64,000 nucleotides of DNA from Promethearchaeota archaeon (GTDB lineage Archaea; Asgardarchaeota; Lokiarchaeia; Sigyniarchaeales; SOKP01), in contig JBHLOF010000004.1 of the NCBI GenBank assembly GCA_048940805.1, positions 33,946-97,945 on the forward strand. The letters are read 5' to 3'. The notes under the pieces were generated by a model, which made no database searches, was not told where the DNA came from, and saw nothing but the letters and a program-made list of their open reading frames with translations. Below are positions 48,339-57,627 of this stretch, piece by piece. Made by a program: the position numbers and the translations under genes. The first letter of the stretch is position 1; every line of letters starts with the position of its first letter.

Positions 48339-49064
48339 TTGATTGATTGGGCTCTGGCTGAAGAACGACCACAGAAGAAACAATCAATTGACGGAAAAAA
48401 ATTATTAGAGCTTCGGTCGAAAATCAATAACTTGGAACAGAATTTTACTCAAAAAACGAAAGATTTGGAAGATTGTTTAGCTGAATTGAAATCCACCAAG
48501 AAAAAATTAGCTGGTCGAGAAAGAAGTTTGATTCACCTTACTGAAAAGAAGTCTTCAGCACGAGAGTCCCTTGATAAAATCAAAGAAGAGAAACTACACG
48601 CTGAGATTCAAGTTACTAAGTTAACTGGAGCAAAAGCAGAATTAGAGAAGAAGCTAGCTGAGGGTAATGAAAAAATAACAACTTTAGAAGGTCAGTTAAA
48701 TAAAGTTGTTTTAAAATTTGAAGAAATTGAACAAAAGATTCTGCAAAAAGAGAAAGACGATCATTATCGAGAGGAAGAAATCTTAGTTAAAACAAACGAA
48801 ATATTAGAAAGAGAACAAGAGCTACAGAAATATAAGTCAATAATAGAACAAAGAGATAAAGAAATTGAATTTCTTAAAAAAAATTTGGAAGTTGAGAAAG
48901 GGAAAACGGCATATCAAATAAAAAGGGTTGAATCTATCGAAGCTCAAATCATAATGGCAGAAAATGTTTTGAAGATTATAACTAAGATTAAGGAGTTAAT
49001 TGGGGTTAAAGGATTTCTATCCGATAAGGAACTTGAATCTATTCTTGTAGAAATTGAGGAGTAG
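48339..49064 (+). CDS. coiled-coil protein with SHOCT-like C-terminus (paralog A)
   Basis: Conserved N-terminus 'IDWALAEERPQKKQSIDGKKLLELRSKINNLE', ~180 aa of heptad-rich sequence, and C-terminus 'IKELIGVKGFLSDKELESILVEI'. Confidence 0.6.
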   Translation: MIDWALAEERPQKKQSIDGKKLLELRSKINNLEQNFTQKTKDLEDCLAELKSTKKKLAGRERSLIHLTEKKSSARESLDKIKEEKLHAEIQVTKLTGAKAELEKKLAEGNEKITTLEGQLNKVVLKFEEIEQKILQKEKDDHYREEEILVKTNEILEREQELQKYKSIIEQRDKEIEFLKKNLEVEKGKTAYQIKRVESIEAQIIMAENVLKIITKIKELIGVKGFLSDKELESILVEIEE

Positions 49065-49189
49065 GCAATCAATATCTAAATTTTTTTAAAAATCCCAAGT
49101 TATATATTTATCTGATATGTTGATGTAAAATTTATAAATAATAGATTTTAAGAACATAAATATATAACAAAGTATTATTAATTTAAACA

Positions 49190-49194
49190 AGGTG
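49190..49194 (+). promoter_or_regulatory. Shine-Dalgarno-like AGGTG upstream of TTG 49201
   Basis: 6-nt spacer to the TTG start. Confidence 0.35.
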
Positions 49195-49200
49195 TAAAGA

Positions 49201-49935
49201 TTGAGCATAGACTGGATAAAAGCCGAAGAAAAGCCTGAGAAAAAATTATCTGTTGAGGGGAGATTTTTGCTGGATTTAAGATCTAAAATTAACAATCTGG
49301 AAAAAAAATTAACTCAAAAAACGAAAGACTTAGAAAAAACAACGAACGATTTTAAAAATACACAAGAAAAATTAAGAGAAGTTGAGAAAATCGCTGAGGA
49401 AAAATCTCAAGGTTTTGAAGAATCACAAAAGAATTTCGAAAGAGCAAGGGAAGAAAAACTATATGCTGATGCTGAAATTAATAAAATAAAAAATTCCAAA
49501 TCGGAAATTGAAAAGAAATTAGAAGAAGCTAATTCTAAAATTACGGAAATAGAAAAAGAGTTGAACGAAGTTTCAATAAAAGCTGAAATATTGGAAAAAG
49601 AAAGGGAGGAAATTAAAACTAATATAGAGAAGGAAGTAGTTGCCCTTAAAGAAGAACTTCAGCAAAAAGAGAATGAATTCGAGGGTATAAAGAAGGAATT
49701 ACAAACTACAGTATCAGAGAAGTATGTTGAGGTTGAAAGTCTTAGTAATGAAAAAGAGACCCAAACAAAAGAAATAGCCGATCTAAAACAAAAAGTTGAA
49801 TCACTTGAAGGAACTATATCTGAAGCTAAAGGAGCGCCTCAACTTATGGAGGAAATAAAAGATATCATGACTCACAAAGGATTTTTGAGCGATCGTGAGT
49901 TTGATGATCTCCTGGCAAAATTAGACATTAAATAA
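49201..49935 (+). CDS. coiled-coil protein with SHOCT-like C-terminus (paralog B)
   Basis: N-terminus 'IDWIKAEEKPEKKLSVEGRFLLDLRSKINNLE', C-terminus 'IKDIMTHKGFLSDREFDDLLAKL'. Length and layout match paralog A. Confidence 0.6.
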   Translation: MSIDWIKAEEKPEKKLSVEGRFLLDLRSKINNLEKKLTQKTKDLEKTTNDFKNTQEKLREVEKIAEEKSQGFEESQKNFERAREEKLYADAEINKIKNSKSEIEKKLEEANSKITEIEKELNEVSIKAEILEKEREEIKTNIEKEVVALKEELQQKENEFEGIKKELQTTVSEKYVEVESLSNEKETQTKEIADLKQKVESLEGTISEAKGAPQLMEEIKDIMTHKGFLSDREFDDLLAKLDIK

Positions 49936-49957
49936 ACAAATTCTTTTTATTTATAGA

Positions 49958-51064
49958 ATGGTAAAGTTAACTTGGGATAGTAAAAAAGATGTTAACATAG
50001 ACCACGAGGAAATTAACAAGAAATACTTTAATTATTTTAAAAAAATTTTAGAATTTCCAGCAATGGAAAGTAATCAATCTCTATCTAGTTCTGAGTATAG
50101 GGATTGGCAAAATAAATTATATTGGGGCGAAAATTTAGAGGTTTTGTATTCCTTATTAGACCATTTTGAAAACAAAATAAATCTCATATACGTAGATCCA
50201 CCATTTTTCTCAGGGATAAACTATAAAATAGAAATCTCAGAAGAAAATAGAATATATGATTCGATAGCATATGATGATACATGGCAAAAAGATTTGGATT
50301 CTTATATTCAGATGCTTTATGAACGGATAGTATTATTTAAAGAACTCCTCTCAAATAAAGGTCTATTATTTATTCATTTAGATTGGCATGCGAGTCATTA
50401 TATCCGAGTATTACTAGATGAGATCTTTGGGGAGGATAAATTTGTTAACAATATTATCTGGTATTATTACAATAAATATTCTGCTGGAAAAAAAAATTTA
50501 CCACGAGCATATGATAATATTTTGGTATATTCCAAATCAAACAATTATACTTTTAACGAAATCAGAATACCTCGTAAAAGACCGAGACGTCAATTAATGA
50601 GAGTTAATGTTGATGGTGTTTTAAAAAATGCTAAAGACGAGAATGGACATGTTAAATATCGTATTGTCACTGATAAGAAATTAGATAATGTTTGGAAAAT
50701 CCCCTGTCTACAGCCAGCTTCGAAGGAATGGACAGGATTTCCAACCCAAAAACATCATCTTTTGCTTGAAAGGATAATCAGATTAGGATCAAATGAAGGT
50801 GATTTAATCGCAGATTTTTTTTGTGGTTCAGGAACTACTTTACTTGTAGCTGAAAAATTGAATCGAAGATGGATTGGATGTGATATATCTGAGTATTCTA
50901 TATATTTAACCCGGAACAGAATTCTTAAATATCTTGAAAATCAGAAGGAAAAAAAAAGTAATAATGCCCCATTTGAAGTACTTACTCACTTTGATTCTAA
51001 TAAGAGAAAATTAGTTATTTCTGGATTTTTCAACAAAGATATAAACATTAAGAGATTTAAGTGA
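49958..51064 (+). CDS. beta-class N4/N6 DNA methyltransferase (DNA methylase N-4/N-6 family)
   Basis: Motif IV 'IYVDPPFFSG' precedes motif I 'DFFCGSGTTLLVAEKLNRRWIGCDI'. Confidence 0.85.
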   Translation: MVKLTWDSKKDVNIDHEEINKKYFNYFKKILEFPAMESNQSLSSSEYRDWQNKLYWGENLEVLYSLLDHFENKINLIYVDPPFFSGINYKIEISEENRIYDSIAYDDTWQKDLDSYIQMLYERIVLFKELLSNKGLLFIHLDWHASHYIRVLLDEIFGEDKFVNNIIWYYYNKYSAGKKNLPRAYDNILVYSKSNNYTFNEIRIPRKRPRRQLMRVNVDGVLKNAKDENGHVKYRIVTDKKLDNVWKIPCLQPASKEWTGFPTQKHHLLLERIIRLGSNEGDLIADFFCGSGTTLLVAEKLNRRWIGCDISEYSIYLTRNRILKYLENQKEKKSNNAPFEVLTHFDSNKRKLVISGFFNKDINIKRFK

Positions 51065-51101
51065 TTTAATTTTTCATATCTCAAGAACAGAGTATTTTTT
51101 T

Positions 51102-52535
51102 TTAATCTTGATTATGATAAAAGACATTCCATCCCAAATATTTTGTTAAGGCTTCATACACAATATTACCAACCCTATTCAAGGATGCAGCAACATGATG
51201 AGCAAAACCTTCAACACATAATTTTTTTAATAAGGCTTGTAGATTAGGAATCTCAACTACTCCGTATCCCCCAAATGTATCTAATTTATCCTCTGTATAA
51301 TCACCTTCTGTAAGAATAGCTTTGATCTCACCATACAAATCATCTGTTTCAATTCTGAGTAATGTACAAGGTTTAGGCTTAATTCGTCCTTGAATTGCAC
51401 CAAAACTTACATCTCCTCCCTTTAAATCCGAAATAATTGGGTGAATTGTCATTTTAGTATCCTTAAAGAATGATTTTGGGAGATTGCTACAATGAAATAA
51501 AACTAGTTTATTTAGATTTTCCCCATAATTATTGTTCCAATCGAGAATAGCAGAGGGTGTGGCTGAAGCGATCTGTAGGATTAACATGCTAATCAATCCA
51601 GAGATATCTGCTTCACAAGCGGCAGGTATTAATCCCTCACTAAACATACTTAACACAGCACAAGGCACGATACCGAAATTATCTTGAATCGAAGGCCAAC
51701 ATTGAAAGGCAAAACCGTCCAACTCATTTTCAATTATCCAATTCTCAACTACTACAGATAATTTTGCCAATTTAAGAATCCCCTCATCTGGAAAAGATTT
51801 AGTGGCAGTGTAGCTTTTAATAAAGTTTATTTTTTCTCTCACTGCGGGTTCATCATTATTTAAGTTATTAATTAAACCTAAGATTTCAGATAAATCAATA
51901 GGCTCGATACTTATTCCATTGAATTCCAATATTTTTTCACTATATCGTACAGTATTAAAGGCATTAGGTCTTGTGCCGATTTGTCCTAATCTAACATTTC
52001 GAAGTTTATTTACAATCATACATAATTTTTCAAATTGAGCTAAATCATTCATAAAAATATCTGATTTTATTGGACAAGTATGGTATTTGGTAAGTGTAAA
52101 TGGTATCCCATATTGGTATAACACATTAGCGACTGAAATCTTACCACAAAATGCGTCCCTACGATTTGGTCGATCCATTTTCTCAATTTTATCGGATGAA
52201 GCTTGAATTAAAACAGGAACATTAAGATTTGCAAGTTTTAGGGTATTAGCGACTCCCTTTTCGTCACCAAAATTAGGGAGTACTACTACAATTCCCTTTA
52301 TTTTTTCCTTATTAGATTTAAACAAAGATGCGCATTTTTTAGCATCCTCATAGGTTTCTACTGCCCCGAAATTTGTATCACTCTCACTTAGAATAACGTA
52401 ATTATATCTCAATTTTTCCATGACATTAATAATTTCAAGTCTTCCTTCTAAAGCGAGATGATCGGGAAATACATCACGATTTCCTACAATTATTCCAAAA
52501 GTCATTTCTTCCGGTTTTATTGAATTAATTACCAT
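51102..52535 (-). CDS. L-fucose/L-arabinose isomerase-family protein (COG2407-like)
   Basis: The size and the N-terminal 'FGIIVGNRDVFPDHL...' pattern fit this family. The call is from overall resemblance only. Confidence 0.55.
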   Translation of the reverse strand: MVINSIKPEEMTFGIIVGNRDVFPDHLALEGRLEIINVMEKLRYNYVILSESDTNFGAVETYEDAKKCASLFKSNKEKIKGIVVVLPNFGDEKGVANTLKLANLNVPVLIQASSDKIEKMDRPNRRDAFCGKISVANVLYQYGIPFTLTKYHTCPIKSDIFMNDLAQFEKLCMIVNKLRNVRLGQIGTRPNAFNTVRYSEKILEFNGISIEPIDLSEILGLINNLNNDEPAVREKINFIKSYTATKSFPDEGILKLAKLSVVVENWIIENELDGFAFQCWPSIQDNFGIVPCAVLSMFSEGLIPAACEADISGLISMLILQIASATPSAILDWNNNYGENLNKLVLFHCSNLPKSFFKDTKMTIHPIISDLKGGDVSFGAIQGRIKPKPCTLLRIETDDLYGEIKAILTEGDYTEDKLDTFGGYGVVEIPNLQALLKKLCVEGFAHHVAASLNRVGNIVYEALTKYLGWNVFYHNQD

Positions 52536-52626
52536 AATTCATTTCTCGAGGTTTAATTATTAAAAGATTTAATTAAGTAATTTAATTAAAGAATTTAAAA
52601 TTAAAATAAAATTTGCTAAGTTTTTC

Positions 52627-53889
52627 ATGAATATAAGATCTAGACTTCTTACTCGTGTAAAACAGCTGTGGGATCAAAAACTATTTCGATATGCCGTGAT
52701 CCTTCACAGTTTTTACTTTTTTCTTTCAATAATATTATTTTTTCTATTTTATAGAGAAAAAAATGACTTTTTAATATTTTATAATGTAGGAGATATTTTT
52801 CTCAATGATATTGGATCTTTATACAATCAATCATATTATTTATGGGATTTTAGATATTTTCCTTTATCGGCGTTATTTTTCATACCATTTTCAATATTAC
52901 CCTTTGAATTTGCTTTTATCCTTTTTAATACTATTAATGTATTACTTAACATTCTGATTTCAATTATCCTTTACAAACTTATTATGTTAGTTAGGTTTAG
53001 AGATCATGAAAAGAATGATAATAGAGTAATAACATATATATGTGTGTATTTAATGGGATTACCCCACATTCTTAATTATATATACGGACAAATTAACACA
53101 TATATCACCCTATTTATTTTAGTCTCGCTTTATATTTTCCTTAGATTTAAGGGCCTAAAATGGCAATTTATTGGAAGTATAATCCTTGGAATAAGCATCA
53201 TCATTAAACCTACAGCATTTTTTTTAATTCCATTTTTGTTAGTCTTACAATATAGTTTTGAAAAAAGGAAGTTTTCTTTTGATGTTATTAAAAGTCTAGT
53301 GAGATTAATTGGTGTAATTTTACCAGTATTACTAAATTTTATATTATTTATAATTTATCCAACTTTATGGGAGGGATTTCTGGAAACAAATTTTACAGGG
53401 AGTAATCCGGTTGCTTTAAATTTTTCTTTTAGTATTTCGAAATTAATTATTAATTTCTGCTACTTTTTTAATATTCCTTTTAATCAACTTTATATCTTAG
53501 TTGGAGTAATTGGTATCATCGGTGGTTTAGGATTTATAATTTTTATAATAAGAAGAACTGATAAAAATGATATGATTTATGGTTTTGGATTTGGTATAAT
53601 TATTATGCTCCTTGTTTACTATGATTCTTGGGACCATCATCTATTAAATTTAACTCCAATTTTGATTATTATGTTATTCATTCTTCCCAAATATTCGAAA
53701 TTGACAAACTATATTAAGTTAAGTTTGATTTTCTTTAGCTTTTTCGATCTTGCCTTTGTAGGTATTTGGTATCTTATATATCCTTTATTTCCATTTAATT
53801 TTGAAGCGACATTTTTCTTGATAGTCTCTTTTTATGCCGTTTATAAAAGTTTAATTAAGAAAAACACAAGCCATTCAGAGGAGGGTTAA
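52627..53889 (+). CDS. GT-C-fold membrane glycosyltransferase, DUF2029/GT87-like (paralog 1)
   Basis: ~11 TM segments, an early loop 'DFLIFYNVGD...LYNQSYYLWDFRYFPLSA', and 'IIIKPTAFFLIPFLL'. Confidence 0.55.
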   Translation: MNIRSRLLTRVKQLWDQKLFRYAVILHSFYFFLSIILFFLFYREKNDFLIFYNVGDIFLNDIGSLYNQSYYLWDFRYFPLSALFFIPFSILPFEFAFILFNTINVLLNILISIILYKLIMLVRFRDHEKNDNRVITYICVYLMGLPHILNYIYGQINTYITLFILVSLYIFLRFKGLKWQFIGSIILGISIIIKPTAFFLIPFLLVLQYSFEKRKFSFDVIKSLVRLIGVILPVLLNFILFIIYPTLWEGFLETNFTGSNPVALNFSFSISKLIINFCYFFNIPFNQLYILVGVIGIIGGLGFIIFIIRRTDKNDMIYGFGFGIIIMLLVYYDSWDHHLLNLTPILIIMLFILPKYSKLTNYIKLSLIFFSFFDLAFVGIWYLIYPLFPFNFEATFFLIVSFYAVYKSLIKKNTSHSEEG

Positions 53890-53893
53890 AAAG

Positions 53894-54688
53894 TTGAAGA
53901 AAAGAATGTTTCTATTATCTTTCACTCTTATTGTAATTGTATCAAGTGGATTAATTTCTAAAGTATATGCTGGAAATTTTAATTTAGGTGTAAGACAAAA
54001 TGAGAATATAATTTGGAAGTGTGGGGTTTGTAATAAAGCTGAAATGGAAAACGTTTTTGGAATGGGATGGGATAATTCCGGAGTATTTAAAAATTTGAAT
54101 AAGGGAATGAGAATGAAATGGAAAATAAATTCAACTGAAATAAATAATACTATATTTACCATTAAATATGACATTTGGAACTGGAACTTAAATCAAGAAT
54201 GGGGGGTAAAGGATAATACTTCTCAAGTCAATATCTATGTAAATCCTATGGAATATTCGACGAACCTCTCATTTTTAAATTATACATCTCTTGTACCATT
54301 TTTTCTTCCTATTCCAATAGGAGCGTATATCGGTGGTTTAAGTTTGAAACTAAATGAATGGTATGATATTGATAATAGAGTACTCCCTACGATAAATGTT
54401 GAGATTTTCAAGGATGGTATTAATCCGGGCTATCCTAATAAGAACATTAAGATAGTTGCTATTTACAATGATTACGGGGTATTGAATTCATATAAACTAT
54501 ATGGAAAAGATAACACAGTTATTATTGATATTTATTTAGATTTCTTACCCTTTTATGTAATACCCACATTAATTATTCTAGTTGCTGCATTATTAATAGG
54601 TTTAGGATACTATCTATTTAGAAATAGAATTCATATTATTAACTCTTGTAGGAATAATGAAAAGGAAAATAATTTTACCACAGATTAA
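53894..54688 (+). CDS. type-I membrane-anchored surface protein, sequon-rich
   Basis: Signal peptide 'MKKRMFLLSFTLIVIVSSGLISKVYA' and C-terminal TM 'VIPTLIILVAALLIGLGYYLF'. At least five N-x-S/T sequons lie in the ectodomain. Confidence 0.5.
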   Translation: MKKRMFLLSFTLIVIVSSGLISKVYAGNFNLGVRQNENIIWKCGVCNKAEMENVFGMGWDNSGVFKNLNKGMRMKWKINSTEINNTIFTIKYDIWNWNLNQEWGVKDNTSQVNIYVNPMEYSTNLSFLNYTSLVPFFLPIPIGAYIGGLSLKLNEWYDIDNRVLPTINVEIFKDGINPGYPNKNIKIVAIYNDYGVLNSYKLYGKDNTVIIDIYLDFLPFYVIPTLIILVAALLIGLGYYLFRNRIHIINSCRNNEKENNFTTD

Positions 54689-55934
54689 ACAAAAACTAAA
54701 GATACTTTGGGGATACAATATCTTCAAGTATACAATAATCATTCACGGAGGATATTTTGTAGCTTCAATATTTTTAACACTCTTCCTTTTTAGAGAAATG
54801 AATGATTTCCTCGTTTATTACAAAGTGGGAGAGGTGGTACTTAGAGATATTAATCAACTTTATATTGAGTCCTACAATTGGCCTTTTAGGTATTTTCCAC
54901 TTTCAGCACTTTATTTTGTTCTATTTTATCTGATGGGATTTGATTTAGGATTTGTTATTTTCAATTTTATCAATTTAATATTAAATATTTTAATCTGTGT
55001 ACTAATCTATAGAATCATTAATTTTGTGAAGGCAAGTGATCATGAAAATGATGATAAAAGGGTTATTCTCTACATTTGTTTATATATGATTTCTTTGCCC
55101 CAAATTTTTAATTATATTTTAGGTCAAGTTAATTTATATGTCACCTTGTTGATATTGTTATCGTTGTTTTTATTCCTGAAATACTCTGATATAAAATGGC
55201 AACTAATTGCGAGTATTATATTAGGATTAAGCATTGTGATTAAACCAATAACATTATTTATGATCCCTTTTCTAATTGCAGTTCAATTTGATTTGAAGAA
55301 GAAAAGGTTTAAATTTGATATCGCGCGTAGTATTACAAGATTAGTGGGAGTATTAATACCCATTTTTCTCAATCTTATAATGTTTTTAATATTTCCTAAG
55401 TTATTACAAGGATTTATTGCTACAAACTTTACAAGCTTGGAACCGTCACAAGTCAACCATTCATTTAGTATAACAAAATTGATTATTAACTTCTTTTACT
55501 TCATAGGATTCTCAGAAAACCAAGTATTATTTATTCAATTACCTTTATTTTTAATTATTTTAACCATATTTGGAAGTATAGCATTTATTTCATACGTAAT
55601 AAGAAAGAATATCAATCATTCGATAATATATGGTTATGGTTTTGGGATTTTGGTTATGTTAATCTGTTATTACGATTCTTGGGACCATCATTTACTAATT
55701 CTGATACCCCTATTAATAATTATTATATTTAATTTGCCTCGACAATCTAGTATTACAAATAAATTTATTAAACCTAGTTTTTTCTTTCTATGTTTCATTG
55801 ATCTGGCATTTATGGGATTATATTTCTTGATTATCAACATATTCCCTTTTAATTTCGCAAGCACAGTTTTTCTAATACTTATCTTTTATGCTTTAATTAA
55901 ATATTTAAATTCTAAAAATAGAAACATCAAGTAG
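54657..55934 (+). CDS. GT-C-fold membrane glycosyltransferase, DUF2029/GT87-like (paralog 2)
   Basis: Collinear with 52627..53889, sharing for example 'YYDSWDHHLL' and 'IKP..F.IPFL'. It overlaps the preceding gene by 32 nt. Confidence 0.55.
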   Translation: MKRKIILPQIKQKLKILWGYNIFKYTIIIHGGYFVASIFLTLFLFREMNDFLVYYKVGEVVLRDINQLYIESYNWPFRYFPLSALYFVLFYLMGFDLGFVIFNFINLILNILICVLIYRIINFVKASDHENDDKRVILYICLYMISLPQIFNYILGQVNLYVTLLILLSLFLFLKYSDIKWQLIASIILGLSIVIKPITLFMIPFLIAVQFDLKKKRFKFDIARSITRLVGVLIPIFLNLIMFLIFPKLLQGFIATNFTSLEPSQVNHSFSITKLIINFFYFIGFSENQVLFIQLPLFLIILTIFGSIAFISYVIRKNINHSIIYGYGFGILVMLICYYDSWDHHLLILIPLLIIIIFNLPRQSSITNKFIKPSFFFLCFIDLAFMGLYFLIINIFPFNFASTVFLILIFYALIKYLNSKNRNIK

Positions 55935-55937
55935 AAA

Positions 55938-56658
55938 ATGGAAATAATTCCAGCTATAGATATTAGTAATGGAAAATGTGTTCGACTGTTTAAAGGTAAG
56001 AAGGGAACAGAAAAGATATATTTCGAAGATCCTATTGAGGCATTAGATTTTTGGGTTGAAAAAGGTGCGAAAAGGTTGCATTTTATTGATCTTGATGGCG
56101 CATGGGGCTCAAATGTAAATAATAACTTATTACATAAGATGATTAAAAGAAGCTCTAAGAAGGTAAAGATTCAAATAGGAGGAGGAATCAGAAGTGTAGA
56201 AACGGCTTTAAAATTAATTAAGATTGGTGCTGATCGTGTAATTATCGGGACTTTAGCGATCCAAAATCCGGAAGGCATAAAAGAAATGCTGGTAAAAATA
56301 GGGAAGGAAAAAATTATTGTAGCAATTGACTATAAAAAAGAAAGAGTTGCCATCAAAGGATGGACTGAATTTTCGAATAAAGATCCATTTTCTTTTGGGA
56401 AAGAATTGGAGGAATTGGGCATCAAATTCATTCTTTTTTCCTCTATTGAAGCAGATGGAACCTTAACGGGTCCGGATTTCCAAAATATTAAAAAGATGGT
56501 CGAAAACGCTAGTAAAACTTCAATTTATGTTGCGGGGGGGAATAAGCAATATTTCAGATCTAATTAAATTAGAAAGTATTGGTGTGAAAGGAGTTATAAT
56601 TGGAAAAGCATTTTACGAAAATTCCTTACCATATTCTATAATCAAAAATTCTAAATAG
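55938..56658 (+). CDS. hisA: HisA (ProFAR isomerase), reading frame interrupted at a G7 run
   Basis: 'IIPAIDISNGKCVRL' and 'LHFIDLDGA'. The ORF track ends at 56567. Frame +1 from the G7 run (56534-56540) encodes the expected C-terminus 'GGISNISDLIKLESIGVKGVIIGKAFYENSL', ending at 56658. Confidence 0.8.
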
Positions 56659-56742
56659 GATGATAAAAATATAATAAAAGAAGACCAAAAATTAACCTTC
56701 AAAAGGTTTAAGAATTATATATTGAATATCATCTCATAAAAA

Positions 56743-57477
56743 ATGTTTCAAGGATTTTATCTTCCACCACTATTGGTAGTTTTTGCACCTGCATTTACTC
56801 TAGGGATCCTTCATACGGCGATTCCGTGTGAAGATAAAGCTATATTCTTCTTTTGGTCTTTTGGGATATCAAAAACACCAAAAAGGAGTCTCTTTATTTT
56901 AATGCTTTATGGACTAGGTTTGATATCATCAAATTTGTTAATTGCAATAGGGACTGTTGTTATAAGCTTTATACCTCAGTTTTTCTTTCCTGCTATTATC
57001 CCCGAAGAACCGTTTTCAATAAATTTTTTCGGAGCAGTAACCTCTATGTTTGCAGGATTTATATTGTTATTTTTAATAATTAGAAGAGGATATATACCTC
57101 ATTCAAAGTATAAAGAGGAAATTATCAAATTTAACTGGGAGAAGAAAAAGACACCATACCTTTTTGGCATGGTAGCAGGTTTTGCGCCTTGTATTTTTGA
57201 GTTGCTTATATATACTTGGTGTTTGCAGTGGTCATTACAAGGTGGGCTTGGATTTATTGATGGAATTTTTACAGTATTTTATTTCTCTTTAGGAACGTTT
57301 ATTGGACTATTTCCACTGGCATTAGCAAAACAAGGTACATCTCATATAGTTAAAACCACAGAGCATCAACGAAGAGGGGTGTTAATTACTATGATATTAA
57401 TCATTGTAATCTTTAATGCCACAGTAATGATTTTATCTTTTCTTAGAATTCCCGTTTTTCCAAAGGTTCCTTTTTAA
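56743..57477 (+). CDS. membrane protein with two intramembrane Pro-Cys motifs (DsbD/CcdA- or UreH-like)
   Basis: 'LHTAIPCEDKAI' and 'GFAPCIFELL' sit in separate TM helices. Family assignment is tentative. Confidence 0.4.
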   Translation: MFQGFYLPPLLVVFAPAFTLGILHTAIPCEDKAIFFFWSFGISKTPKRSLFILMLYGLGLISSNLLIAIGTVVISFIPQFFFPAIIPEEPFSINFFGAVTSMFAGFILLFLIIRRGYIPHSKYKEEIIKFNWEKKKTPYLFGMVAGFAPCIFELLIYTWCLQWSLQGGLGFIDGIFTVFYFSLGTFIGLFPLALAKQGTSHIVKTTEHQRRGVLITMILIIVIFNATVMILSFLRIPVFPKVPF

Positions 57478-57627
57478 AAAAATCCAATAACTATAATAAT
57501 AAAAAAATTAATTATTTCTCAATTATTCATTAAAAGAAGAAATAATAAAATTGGACTCTATAAATATTTTAAGCTGAAGTTTCTTTATATTTATATAGTC
57601 AATAACGATGCAAACGGGTTTAAAATT

